Below, piece by piece: positions 27,032 to 35,828 of a stretch of DNA of 64,000 nt (positions within the stretch are counted from its first letter, which is position 1; every line of letters begins with the position of its first letter). The DNA comes from a virus (taxonomy: Duplodnaviria; Heunggongvirae; Uroviricota; Caudoviricetes). The stretch is taken from the IMG/VR virus record IMGVR_UViG_3300029258_003331. The stretch is one strand, 5' to 3'. The notes below the pieces were generated by a model that was not told the DNA's origin, did not search any database, and saw only the letters and a list, made by a program, of their open reading frames with translations. A program made the position numbers and the translations under genes.

Positions 27032-27583
27032 ATGGCTAGACTTGATAAGCACTTCTTTGACGTGAGCGACCTTGCCAGGGACGACTGGCGCGAGAAGGTT
27101 AAAGAGGCTCAAAAAAGCCAGGGTATTCAGTTTAACCTGGAGAACGACGATGCAATCGAGCAGCGTCGTGTTGCTATCGACACTCCTGAAGATGCCTTTG
27201 AGTCTGCGAAGGACGGAAAACCAGTAAACGACAAGATGAGGTGCAAGTGCGAACTATGCGCTGCGGGCGGAGACTGGCAGCAAGGCACCTACTATTTTCG
27301 GATTCAGAAGTACGAGGGCGGCGGACCCATTAGTTCGGGGGAAAGGTTTTGTATCATCGTGCCCAGGGAAGAGGGCAACTGGTGGCTCATGCGGACGAAA
27401 GACGGTTTTGTGCCGCGTGGTAGCGACGAGGAACTGAGACACGACTGGGACGAGGAAAAGAGGGCATGCTGGAAGGCTCTCCCAGGATTATTGAGGCAAT
27501 ACAAGGACGAGAAAGCGAAGAAACAGAGGCAGGCAACCGTGAGGAAATTGCTGCGTTTGGCGACGCGCATTCTCGGCACATAA
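27032..27583 (+). CDS. Hypothetical protein (183 aa) ending in the family helix (…ATVRKLLRLATRILGT)
   Basis: GAGAGAGAC then ATG at 27032. The table start 26990 overlaps the previous gene by 35 nt. CxC…C motif in the middle. Confidence 0.7.
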   Translation: MARLDKHFFDVSDLARDDWREKVKEAQKSQGIQFNLENDDAIEQRRVAIDTPEDAFESAKDGKPVNDKMRCKCELCAAGGDWQQGTYYFRIQKYEGGGPISSGERFCIIVPREEGNWWLMRTKDGFVPRGSDEELRHDWDEEKRACWKALPGLLRQYKDEKAKKQRQATVRKLLRLATRILGT

Positions 27584-27720
27584 GCAGTTAGGACACCCGA
27601 GACAAGAGAGTCCTTGAAACCCCAGTCCCAAGAACAACTGTCCTAAAACAGGGCAGCATATCTAGTTAGCCCAGACGTTGCAACTAAAATGAAAAATTGT
27701 GGTTCTTTTTTCATCCTTGA

Positions 27721-27729
27721 TGGTATAAT
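27721..27729 (+). promoter_or_regulatory. Extended -10 promoter TGGTATAATGG
   Basis: 34 nt upstream of ATG 27763. Confidence 0.5.
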
Positions 27730-27762
27730 GGGTGGCAGAATTCAGTTTTCGGAGGAACGCAG

Positions 27763-28095
27763 ATGAGCGAATGCAAGTGTGAGCGAACGCCCTGGCAGGT
27801 TATCAGGTTTGCATTGCTGGCGACGGTGTTGCTTGTGGCGGCGCATTTGGTATTTGACGCTGTCTACGAGAACGTGCGCGGGCCAATAGAGGGTTCAGCG
27901 GCGGTGAAGCAACTGGAGGACGACGACGCATCTTATGTAGCCGGTCGAGTGGTAACGAGGGGAGTGGTGGTTTGTGTGGAACAGGGACTCGTAATCGTAG
28001 TTCTGGCATGGGTGTGGCTGAGTGTCTTATCGAAGGCGGTGTCTGCGTGGGACATCGACAAGAAGGATGAAGAGAAGGGAGAAGCAAGTGACTAA
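27763..28095 (+). CDS. Membrane protein, 2 TM (110 aa)
   Basis: TGGTATAAT promoter at 27721-27729 and GGAGGAA RBS. Two hydrophobic helices. Confidence 0.7.
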   Translation: MSECKCERTPWQVIRFALLATVLLVAAHLVFDAVYENVRGPIEGSAAVKQLEDDDASYVAGRVVTRGVVVCVEQGLVIVVLAWVWLSVLSKAVSAWDIDKKDEEKGEASD

Positions 28096-29125
28096 GGTGA
28101 TTGGGATTTTGGTTGGGATTGTGGTGGTGGGAATTGTAGCGTGGTTGATTATTGCTTCGTTGATGGGACCTCCGTGCGTGGAGAGGTTTGAAGAAATCCA
28201 GCCATACGAGACAGCCTTTGTGGTGCCTCTGGAGGGCGCAAACAAAACCGTCCAGGGAAAATTCGGCTCGGTGGAATATCTTGAGGCAGCAAAGGTAGCA
28301 ACCAAACGCATCAACATCCCATTGCGCAAAAAGACGACAGGACGCTGGCCAAGCCTGGGGGATTTTGAGTGGGTGCCGACCGTGCGCGTGATTCGGGTGA
28401 ACAGAACACCAGTGACGCGGGAATGGACAGCCTCTATGCAGACCGGTAGCGACACCACCAAACAGGATATTGACGTAGAGTCGAAAGATAGCATTTCGTT
28501 CGGCGTGGGTATTAACATCACGGCGTTTGTGACCGAGAAGGATGCATCCAGGTTTCTCTACTACTATCCGGGGAAGTCATTGGCGCAGGTTATCGACACC
28601 AATGTGCGCGGGGCTGTGGCGGCTATTTTGTCTCGTGAGTTTGGCAGCCGGCTTCTGAAAGATTGTAAGACCGACAAGCGAGATATTACGGAGATCATGC
28701 TGAAGGAAGTGAAGGAGGATTTCTCATCCAGGGGCGTGACCGTAGAGAACGTCGGTATTGTCGGTGGCTTGACCTATCACAACCAGAGAATTCAAGACGC
28801 TATTGACCACGCTTATGAAGAAGAGATGAAAGTCGAGGCAAAGCGCCAAGAGCGTCTGGCACAAGCGGAGGTCAACAAGAAAGAGGTTGAAATGGCCGAG
28901 GCGTCAGCAAGAGCAGCCAAGGCATTTGCGGCGGCTGCTGAGGAACGTATTAAACAGGTGCGCCTGGAAATCGAGAAGATGCGGGCTAAGGCGGCACTTA
29001 TCGCGGCAGAGAAGTGGAACGGGAACGTGCCGTCTCAGATTCTGCCGCAAGGAAGCCAGTTTCTCTTTGGGTTGGACGCGCCACGAATGAGCGCACCGAC
29101 ATCGCAGATGCAGAACGATAATTGA
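28088..29125 (+). CDS. SPFH/band-7 (stomatin/prohibitin/HflK-like) domain membrane protein (345 aa)
   Basis: GTG start after GGGAGAAG overlaps the upstream stop. N-terminal TM helix, then an SPFH-like core (FGSVEY…AQVIDTNVRGAVAAIL…), then an Ala/Glu/Lys coiled-coil tail. Confidence 0.8.
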   Translation: MTKVIGILVGIVVVGIVAWLIIASLMGPPCVERFEEIQPYETAFVVPLEGANKTVQGKFGSVEYLEAAKVATKRINIPLRKKTTGRWPSLGDFEWVPTVRVIRVNRTPVTREWTASMQTGSDTTKQDIDVESKDSISFGVGINITAFVTEKDASRFLYYYPGKSLAQVIDTNVRGAVAAILSREFGSRLLKDCKTDKRDITEIMLKEVKEDFSSRGVTVENVGIVGGLTYHNQRIQDAIDHAYEEEMKVEAKRQERLAQAEVNKKEVEMAEASARAAKAFAAAAEERIKQVRLEIEKMRAKAALIAAEKWNGNVPSQILPQGSQFLFGLDAPRMSAPTSQMQNDN

Positions 29126-29156
29126 GATTCTTGCCGGAAAACACGCGATTTTCTGA

Positions 29157-29188
29157 GCCCCGCTGGTTTTCCGGCGGGGCTTTCTTTG
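29157..29188 (+). terminator. Rho-independent terminator after the SPFH gene
   Basis: GCCCCGC-10nt loop-GCGGGGC followed by TTTCTTTG. Confidence 0.7.
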
Positions 29189-29202
29189 AGGAGGGTATTG
29201 CA

Positions 29203-29475
29203 GTGGACGAAAAAATAGCAGGATCGAGGATTTCTGAGCCGCCCCAACATGTTCGGCACGTTGATTTAGGCAGCGCGGATGGTACGTCGCGGTGGAAGAG
29301 AGAGTGTCCTGCCTGCGAGAGAGGCGTCTTGTGTGTACGCCGGGATGCATCCACGTTACAAATCGCAGAATCTGATCGGTGCGTATATGGGTGGACAATA
29401 AAACATGCTGAAGAGATGCCAGAGGACGCCTGGCACCTGCGTTTTCAAGAGCCCCAAGATGAGGACGAAGAATGA
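29203..29475 (+). CDS. Small protein with CPAC…C motif (90 aa)
   Basis: GAGGAGGG RBS 7 nt before GTG 29203, immediately after terminator 29157..29188. Confidence 0.45.
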   Translation: MDEKIAGSRISEPPQHVRHVDLGSADGTSRWKRECPACERGVLCVRRDASTLQIAESDRCVYGWTIKHAEEMPEDAWHLRFQEPQDEDEE

Positions 29476-30407
29476 ACCTCATCGAACATCTCAGCGAAAA
29501 ACTGACGCATCTATATCCGTGGCGACGTTGGCATTTTGGTCTTTCTCAAGAGGGCAAGATTCCAGTGGGCGCAAACCTGAGAAATCACTCTTTCCAAAAA
29601 CCGATGAGATGGGCTTGGCGGCACATTGTTAAAACTGTCCTTACCGGCGGCAGCAGTGAAGAGGCTGCATTCAGGGCTATCGAGCCGCTGTTCCGCGATT
29701 TCCAGGATGCTTATGAGTTAGGACACGCTGACCAAACGCAAGTGGCTGCGACGCTCCAAAAAGCCAGGATCAAGTTTGCTGACCGAAAGGCTGACTTTGT
29801 TGTTGGTTTGTCCCGCCAAGTTGCCAAACGACGAGGCGAGGTCCCGTCTAGCCGAGCAGGACTAGAATCATTGCCAGGAGTCGGAAAACATATCGCGAGC
29901 ATCATGATGGCAACTATCTTTGGCGAGGAGGAGTTTGGCATTGACCTTCACGTGCGGCGCATAACAAAGCGAATGGGAATCGTCAAGCCGAGCGGAGGTG
30001 ACTATAAAATTGAGCGTGAAATTAGAAGGCACACCAGATCAGAGAAGTTGGGGCATTTTTCCCGTTCGTTCGTAGACTTCGGGCAGGATGTTTGTGGTTT
30101 TCATGCGCGTTGTCATGTTTGTCCATTTGCTGATAAATGCGCTTTCTATAACGAAGCGCCGCGCAAAGAGTTTTACAGCCAACTCAGGCGCGTATTGGCA
30201 TTGCGCCCTGGTTCGAATGAGTGGTTGAAATATGGGAAGTGGAGAGTTTATTTTGACAGTGAGTGGCTCTCACTTGACGAACGACGACTCAGCCCCGGTT
30301 TGTCTCGTGATGCAGGGCTGAAAACAGAGGCAAGCAGGCTTTTCGACTTATACCGGGAGGCGAGCAAGAGCAGGCAGAAGCCAATGGTTCAGTTAACATT
30401 GCTGTAA
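29472..30407 (+). CDS. nth: Endonuclease III-like HhH-GPD DNA glycosylase with [4Fe-4S] cluster loop (311 aa)
   Basis: LPGVGKHIASIM…GIDLHVRRITKRMG matches the HhH-GPD motif. CGFHARCHVCPFADKC matches the Cx6Cx2Cx5C EndoIII FCL motif. Confidence 0.8.
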   Translation: MNLIEHLSEKLTHLYPWRRWHFGLSQEGKIPVGANLRNHSFQKPMRWAWRHIVKTVLTGGSSEEAAFRAIEPLFRDFQDAYELGHADQTQVAATLQKARIKFADRKADFVVGLSRQVAKRRGEVPSSRAGLESLPGVGKHIASIMMATIFGEEEFGIDLHVRRITKRMGIVKPSGGDYKIEREIRRHTRSEKLGHFSRSFVDFGQDVCGFHARCHVCPFADKCAFYNEAPRKEFYSQLRRVLALRPGSNEWLKYGKWRVYFDSEWLSLDERRLSPGLSRDAGLKTEASRLFDLYREASKSRQKPMVQLTLL

Positions 30408-30433
30408 CGTCTGAGAGGAAAGGGAAATCACGG

Positions 30434-31075
30434 ATGGGTCATTGTTCCCCGTCAAAGTTGCCGATGCTAGCCGAATGCCCGTGCTTTCAGTCAACAGAGG
30501 CGGGCTTGGCGGCAGAAAGAGGGTCGATACAACACGCAGTAATTGAGGAACACTTTCTAGGCAACGAGCCATCATGGAAGTCCCTTTGGCCATCTGAAAA
30601 AAAGAAAGTGCGATGGGCGATTCGATGGATTGAGAAGAATACCTCCAGCCAACGCCAGGTCGAGGTAGAGGTGCGCCCCTCAAGATCTGATATTGCGGTT
30701 GTGGGACGCGGATTCATTGACGTTTTGGATACCAGCGACGGAATTCACATCGTTGACTACAAATCCGGCGGCGAGGCACACTATCTGCCTCAACTCGCGG
30801 TCTATGGTCTGATTATGATGCGCAAGATGGGAACATCTGAGGCGCGCCTGACTTTGCTTTACGGGAAAACCGAGGAAATTGTCAGTGAAGTCCTTTCCAA
30901 TGCAGAAGCGGAGGAGATAGTTCTGCCGATTGTCGCTGCTGTAAAAAATCCCGAGAAAAAGCCCTGTCTCTGCAAATACTGCTCGTGGTGTTTAAGAGTG
31001 AGGACATGCAGTGCCCTCCCTGCAAGCGTTCGACGTGCCTTTGCGGAATCTACTGAGAGGAAAAAACCAGAATAA
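30434..31075 (+). CDS. Cas4/RecB-like PD-(D/E)xK nuclease with C-terminal Cys cluster (213 aa)
   Basis: GFIDVLD…IVDYKSG (motifs II/III), QLAVYGLIM (QxxxY) and CLCKYCSWCLRVRTC. Resembles Cas4/DUF83-family phage exonucleases. Confidence 0.8.
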   Translation: MGHCSPSKLPMLAECPCFQSTEAGLAAERGSIQHAVIEEHFLGNEPSWKSLWPSEKKKVRWAIRWIEKNTSSQRQVEVEVRPSRSDIAVVGRGFIDVLDTSDGIHIVDYKSGGEAHYLPQLAVYGLIMMRKMGTSEARLTLLYGKTEEIVSEVLSNAEAEEIVLPIVAAVKNPEKKPCLCKYCSWCLRVRTCSALPASVRRAFAESTERKKPE

Positions 31076-31100
31076 ACTGAGAAAATCGGGTCATTTGTAT

Positions 31101-31120
31101 TTTGGGACCGGTTACACAGG
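31101..31120 (+). promoter_or_regulatory. Conserved TTTGGGACCGGTTACACAGG element, copy 5
   Basis: 27 nt upstream of ATG 31147. Confidence 0.45.
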
Positions 31121-31146
31121 TGGACACTTCAGAAAGGAGACTGAAA

Positions 31147-31698
31147 ATGGCTGACTACGTTAAAGCGCCGGCGTGCCAGATGCTCCAAGTTCACTGTGTG
31201 TGTTGCGGACGGCTTCTTTTGGATGCTGACAGCGTCGCGCAAGGAATCGGACCTGAATGTCGGGGAGGGCTCGAACTTTTGGAGCCGGATATCCGCACGA
31301 TTGCCAATGAGCATGTCTACCACGCGGCTGAGGCAGCAATGGCAGGGAAGGCTCAGGAAGTTCTTGAGTACGCTGACCTGGTGGAAAAACTGGACGAAAA
31401 TCTCGTTGCTCTGGCTAATCGCATGCGCCGTCGTTTCGTTAAGGCTCGGGACCGCCAAGAATACGAGATTACGATTGAGGAGGACGGGGACCGGCTTCTC
31501 GTCGATACTCCCTTTCGGCGCGGTGAAAAGGAAGAGTTCATTCAGGCGTGGAGGGACATACCTGGACGCCGTTTTGATTCTGAGCGCCGGATGAACAGCG
31601 TCCCGAGCAAGGAACGAGTTGCCTTGTGGGCGCTCCTGCGTAGGTTTTTTCCTGGGAAGTGGGGTATGGGACCGAAGGGTCTATTTCGCGTGGTGTGA
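31147..31698 (+). CDS. Hypothetical protein with CxxxxxHCVCC motif (183 aa)
   Basis: AGAAAGGAGACTGAAA then ATG. GGGACCGGTTACACAGG motif 27 nt upstream. Confidence 0.7.
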   Translation: MADYVKAPACQMLQVHCVCCGRLLLDADSVAQGIGPECRGGLELLEPDIRTIANEHVYHAAEAAMAGKAQEVLEYADLVEKLDENLVALANRMRRRFVKARDRQEYEITIEEDGDRLLVDTPFRRGEKEEFIQAWRDIPGRRFDSERRMNSVPSKERVALWALLRRFFPGKWGMGPKGLFRVV

Positions 31699-31699
31699 G

Positions 31700-32197
31700 A
31701 TGGAACTCAGAGAATATTTATCATCGGTGGTGGACATGTGTCGCCGGAACATGACAAGGACCGAGTACCTGTACGTGTGCATGGAAGATTTTGTCCTTCA
31801 GCACGGGATTGTCTTCAGTGCCGAGGGACTCCCAGAGGGTTTTGAACCCGCTGAGCCTCGCAGGTGTTTTGCTAACGCCTTTGAACTACTTGATGACAAG
31901 TCCCTTATCTATTGCGAGGGCTACGGGCTATGCGAGGGGCTGATCCCGATGCACCACGCTTGGGTCGCAACTGAAGAGGGAACGGTGATAGACGTAACCT
32001 GGGGTGCCATGTTGCCCAAGCGGCGCGCGTTTTACATGGGCGTCCCGTTTCGCACGGAGTTCGTGATTGAGGTGGTTTTGACGCGCGAGAAGTATGGCGT
32101 GATCGATAACTGGGAAAACGGTTGGCCACTGTTGACCGGTCGTCTCAACAAACGAGAGTTCCTAGACGACAGGCTGGGAGAACATCATGGACAATGA
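31700..32197 (+). CDS. Hypothetical protein (165 aa)
   Basis: Starts 2 nt after the upstream stop. Confidence 0.7.
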   Translation: MELREYLSSVVDMCRRNMTRTEYLYVCMEDFVLQHGIVFSAEGLPEGFEPAEPRRCFANAFELLDDKSLIYCEGYGLCEGLIPMHHAWVATEEGTVIDVTWGAMLPKRRAFYMGVPFRTEFVIEVVLTREKYGVIDNWENGWPLLTGRLNKREFLDDRLGEHHGQ

Positions 32198-32513
32198 GAC
32201 AGCAAAGACAATGAACGCGATTCGGGAAATGAGCGCCGAAGTAATCAAACAAGTCCGCAGCACGGGTGTTCCAGAGATCGGGCTGCTGCGACGAATCGGG
32301 AAGGCGTATTGGCGTTTGGCTGACAATCTCTTGAGTGCTGGCGTTGGTTTGGACGGCAATCCTGCGCAGAGCGTCCACGAACTGGCAGACATGCTCGCGA
32401 ACGAAGGGCAGCCGACATGCGATGACAAACCGTCTTGTCGCAAGATGGCATGCGATGACGAGTCGCTGCCATTGGCTATCCGAGAGCGATTGCGTAACCG
32501 GTTCGGACGCTAG
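32187..32513 (+). CDS. Hypothetical protein (108 aa)
   Basis: Overlaps the upstream gene by 11 nt. Confidence 0.6.
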   Translation: MDNETAKTMNAIREMSAEVIKQVRSTGVPEIGLLRRIGKAYWRLADNLLSAGVGLDGNPAQSVHELADMLANEGQPTCDDKPSCRKMACDDESLPLAIRERLRNRFGR

Positions 32514-32515
32514 GC

Positions 32516-32938
32516 ATGAGGAACGCCAGGAGAGTAATTCTGATCATTGGCACCGTGTTGACGTTTGTATTGGGGACGAACAGCACCGTTGCGAAAGAGA
32601 AGCGTCGTGCTGTCTATGTGACTGTGGTGGCGACGGCTTATTGCCCATGCGAAAAGTGCTGCGGAGAAAACGCTGACGGATTGACGGCTACAGGCACCGA
32701 TGCGTATAAGGCTGGTGTTGCGGTTGACCCGGGGACGTTTCCAGAGGGTTTTCCACTAGGAACACACTTTGACATCCCTGGTTATAATCGCGGACCAAAC
32801 GGAAATGGCTCGTGGATACGGGCGGATGATACGGGTCGGGCGATTCAAGGGACGCAAATTGACGTGCGTTTTAGAACACACCAGGAGGCGAAGGAATGGG
32901 GGCGCAGAAAGATCAAAGTCCGAGTGTGGCTGAGATAG
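32516..32938 (+). CDS. Secreted 3D-domain (MltA/YabE-like) putative peptidoglycan hydrolase (140 aa)
   Basis: Signal-peptide-like N-terminus. TAYCPCEKCCG…VAVDP…FPLGT…ADDTG…QIDV reproduces the three conserved Asp residues of the 3D domain. Confidence 0.75.
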   Translation: MRNARRVILIIGTVLTFVLGTNSTVAKEKRRAVYVTVVATAYCPCEKCCGENADGLTATGTDAYKAGVAVDPGTFPEGFPLGTHFDIPGYNRGPNGNGSWIRADDTGRAIQGTQIDVRFRTHQEAKEWGRRKIKVRVWLR

Positions 32939-33095
32939 AAGAGGGCACCCGATTTAGAGAGACGAGTGCTGATGTTATTTTCGTGGTGAAAGGGAAACAC
33001 TACAACAAGGGCTGGTGGTGGTGCGAAGCCGAAGCCGAGGACGAGAAGACGGGCATGTGGGCTTATTCGGAGCCCTACATTCTGAGGAACAGGTT

Positions 33096-33335
33096 ATGAG
33101 GGACGAGTTGGCTTTGGTGATTATCGAGTACGAAACTGGCGAGGTGGGCGTGCAGGCGGTGGCGACCAACGCGGACGGCGAGGAGTCTTTCGATAACTGT
33201 CACAAGGAAGAAAAAGGCAGAAAGCCGCGAATGACCCTCGTGAAACTGAGATATCCTGACCCAGAAGGGGTGATTGTGGAGGCGAAAACCAAGATCTTGT
33301 CTGGTTTAGTCCAGAAATTCGAAAAAAGTAACTGA
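33096..33335 (+). CDS. Hypothetical small protein (79 aa)
   Basis: ATG overlapping the upstream table ORF stop. The low-confidence table ORF 32896..33099 overlaps the 3D gene and was not adopted. Confidence 0.45.
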   Translation: MRDELALVIIEYETGEVGVQAVATNADGEESFDNCHKEEKGRKPRMTLVKLRYPDPEGVIVEAKTKILSGLVQKFEKSN

Positions 33336-33344
33336 ATCTGCGCC

Positions 33345-33362
33345 GCGAGACCGGTTATAGGA
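33345..33362 (+). promoter_or_regulatory. Conserved CGCGAGACCGGTTATAGG element, copy 6
   Basis: 29 nt upstream of ATG 33390 (HExxH-vWA gene). Confidence 0.5.
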
Positions 33363-33389
33363 AGTAGAGGACTTTGCCGGGGCGATAAT

Positions 33390-35252
33390 ATGAGCGCCAC
33401 AACGACGAAACACAGCAAGAAGAATGCTCGCTATGTTGAGCGGCAAAAACAACTCAAAGCCGTTCAGGAGGTCGAGCGTGCCCTCAAAGTAATCATCCCA
33501 CACATGTGCCGGGACGGTAGGGTAACCATCAAGCATGTGGCTCCCGGCAATCCCCCTTGTGCCAATGTGAAAACCCGCACCATTTTCATGCCGCCACTCA
33601 ACGGTCTACAGGATCTTATGTTGGCACGGGCTTACTACTATCACGAGGTACTCCACATTGCTCACAGCCATCTCTCGGAGTCTCAGTGGGAGGAAATCCG
33701 TGAGAACAAGGCTCTGAAGACAATTTTGAATTCTCTGGATGATTACCGAATTGAAGCGAAGGGTGCAAGAAAATACGAAGGCTGCCGGGTGGTTTTCAAC
33801 TGGAGCCGGGACTACCACAACAAGAAAATTGCAGGACAAGTGCAACGTGGGGAAACCGTTGAGATTCCACTTTGGGAAGCCGCATGCGCCATGGAGATAA
33901 TGTGCAAGGGGGCGCGGTTGGCATGGCGCGCTGAGGGGCTCGCGGCAGAGTACATCAGCGCTGCCTATGAGACATACCAAGAGGTGCGTGGAGCAGAATC
34001 CACAGGGGATTGCCTGGTGATCGCCAGAAAGATTTACGACATCATTAAGGCAATAAAGAAAGAGCAGCAAGGACAAGGGGAACAAGGGGAACAAAAGGGA
34101 CAACAAGAGGGACAACAAGAGGGACAACAAGAGGGACAACAAGAGGGACAACAAGAGGGACAACAAGAGGGACAACAAGGGAAGGAGACAGCAACAGCGG
34201 ACCCCAGGGAAGGCGAGAGTACAGACAACGAAACAAGTGGACAGGTCGAAAACACGAAGGATGATCGAACAGACGAAGAGGTTGCTGGTGCGCTTGAGAA
34301 GGAGGCAGAAGGCGAGGACCTGGGAGAATTCCTGCGGCGCGAACTTGAAGCGCAAATCGACGAAGTTCCCGAGGCAGATCGTCGCTATCGCAGTATTAGG
34401 GAAAACGACGCATACGAGGTGCCCGATAGCACCAGTGTGGCTCAGTTCAACGCAGTCCGCGAAGAAGTGGCAAACAGCATTATGGGTATCAGTCGAGCAC
34501 TGGACCAGGCTCTCCGCACACTTAGTCGCTCTCGTAAGGAACAATACATGCGACGCGGAAAACTTGACATGCGGCGGCTTGTGGATGCGGCAGCCGGATT
34601 GGACAAACGGGTCTTTTACCAGGTTCGAGACGGTGAGAAATTGGATACAGCGGTAGTCATTATTGTGGACGAAAGCGCTTCGATGTCTGCTTCACGATAC
34701 GCCATGCAGCGGCTTGTTGCGGCGTTGGGGGAGACCCTGAACAAACTGGGGGTTCGCTTTGAGATTGTCGGAAGTACCACGAAATACTTTGGCGGCGAAA
34801 TTCCCAGAAAGTTACTAATTCCGGGCTATGATCGAACAAACCCTCTCAGGTTGCGTATTTATAAGACCTTCACCGAGAGATGGGAAGCCGTCAAAACACG
34901 CATAGTTCGCATTTCAGCCTTCAAGCACAATGTGGACTGTGAGGCAATTGAGATGGCTGTCGCGCGCTTGTCTACGTGCCGAGAGCGCCGTAGGATCATT
35001 TTCAGTTTGAGCGATGGTTGTCCCGAAGCAGGACATAACAACGAGCAGGAAATGGGTCAGTTTCTCAAGTACGTTTGTGAGCGCAGTCGAAGAGCGGGAG
35101 TCGAGGTATATGGGTTCGGTGTGCGCACAATAGAACCGAGGAAGTTTTACGGGAGGGATTATTTTGTCTACCTGAAAGATGAGCGACAAATGGGACAAGA
35201 TTTCTTCCGTCGGTTTGCGGACATCATCACAAGAGGTCGTTTCAGGGCGTAG
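33390..35252 (+). CDS. Putative metallopeptidase (HExxH) – vWA-domain protein, CobT/DUF2201-like (620 aa)
   Basis: GAGACCGGTTATAGG motif 29 nt upstream. YYYHEVLHIAHSH in the N-domain. (QEGQ)n low-complexity linker. VVIIVDESASMSAS MIDAS motif in the C-terminal vWA fold. Confidence 0.9.
   Translation: MSATTTKHSKKNARYVERQKQLKAVQEVERALKVIIPHMCRDGRVTIKHVAPGNPPCANVKTRTIFMPPLNGLQDLMLARAYYYHEVLHIAHSHLSESQWEEIRENKALKTILNSLDDYRIEAKGARKYEGCRVVFNWSRDYHNKKIAGQVQRGETVEIPLWEAACAMEIMCKGARLAWRAEGLAAEYISAAYETYQEVRGAESTGDCLVIARKIYDIIKAIKKEQQGQGEQGEQKGQQEGQQEGQQEGQQEGQQEGQQEGQQGKETATADPREGESTDNETSGQVENTKDDRTDEEVAGALEKEAEGEDLGEFLRRELEAQIDEVPEADRRYRSIRENDAYEVPDSTSVAQFNAVREEVANSIMGISRALDQALRTLSRSRKEQYMRRGKLDMRRLVDAAAGLDKRVFYQVRDGEKLDTAVVIIVDESASMSASRYAMQRLVAALGETLNKLGVRFEIVGSTTKYFGGEIPRKLLIPGYDRTNPLRLRIYKTFTERWEAVKTRIVRISAFKHNVDCEAIEMAVARLSTCRERRRIIFSLSDGCPEAGHNNEQEMGQFLKYVCERSRRAGVEVYGFGVRTIEPRKFYGRDYFVYLKDERQMGQDFFRRFADIITRGRFRA
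34064..34181 (+). repeat. 12-bp coding tandem repeat (GGGACAACAAGA) x7, preceded by degenerate copies
   Basis: Encodes the (QEGQ)n linker of the HExxH-vWA protein. Confidence 0.85.
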
Positions 35253-35258
35253 GAGTAC

Positions 35259-35828
35259 ATGATGGCGCTTAACAAGATATGCCACTACAGAGGAGGCAGC
35301 AGCAACAAGACATATCTCGTCTATGTCATCAAAGTGACTGACGGTGAATATCGAGTTGGTGGTAAGTGGGGAAGGACTGGAACTGCCCTCCACCAACAGA
35401 TTAAGCACGTCACGCAGACGTTCCAGGAAGCGCAAGACAAGGCTCTGCAATTGTTCCGCAGCAAGATAAAAAAAGGTTATCAGAACATCGAAGATCCCGA
35501 CTACGATGGTCCGCTAACATTTGCGCGTATGTCGGAATACCTGGAACATGATATTGAGGCAGAGCAGGATAGCGACGAAACGGATAACAATGAAGCGGTA
35601 GTAGACGGGGCAGTTCTATCTGGCAGGAAACCTGTGCCCGTACCCCAGAATGGTGAGGATATAGTTGTCATGTGTCTTGACAACACGGGGATGGAGGACA
35701 ACTTCAGCAGCGGCGTTACCTACGTGGTCGAGAATGAGATTGACGAGGAGATGTTTGTGGTCTCGGATAAGCGCGGGAGGGAAATCGAGTGTTATCGTGA
35801 CCGTTTTCGCGTGGTGGTGGAAGAATGA
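35259..35828 (+). CDS. WGR-domain protein (189 aa)
   Basis: KTYLVYVIKVTDGEYRVGGKWGRTG…ALQLFRSKIKKGY matches the WGR (Trp-Gly-Arg) domain consensus. Acidic C-terminal half. Confidence 0.8.
   Translation: MMALNKICHYRGGSSNKTYLVYVIKVTDGEYRVGGKWGRTGTALHQQIKHVTQTFQEAQDKALQLFRSKIKKGYQNIEDPDYDGPLTFARMSEYLEHDIEAEQDSDETDNNEAVVDGAVLSGRKPVPVPQNGEDIVVMCLDNTGMEDNFSSGVTYVVENEIDEEMFVVSDKRGREIECYRDRFRVVVEE

Noticed and set aside
30215-30230. GGTTCGAATG (tRNA T-arm-like) sequence
   Set aside because: It lies inside the EndoIII-like CDS with no flanking acceptor or anticodon stem structure. No tRNA genes were identified in the window.
32896-33099. 67-aa table ORF
   Set aside because: It overlaps the 3D-domain gene by 43 nt and has no RBS. 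The downstream ATG 33096 was preferred for the next small gene.
34064-34181. Tandem 12-bp repeats that look like a possible CRISPR or VNTR
   Set aside because: The period is too short and the repeats are in-frame coding (QEGQ linker). The same applies to 46795-46900 and 58655-58862. No CRISPR array is present.
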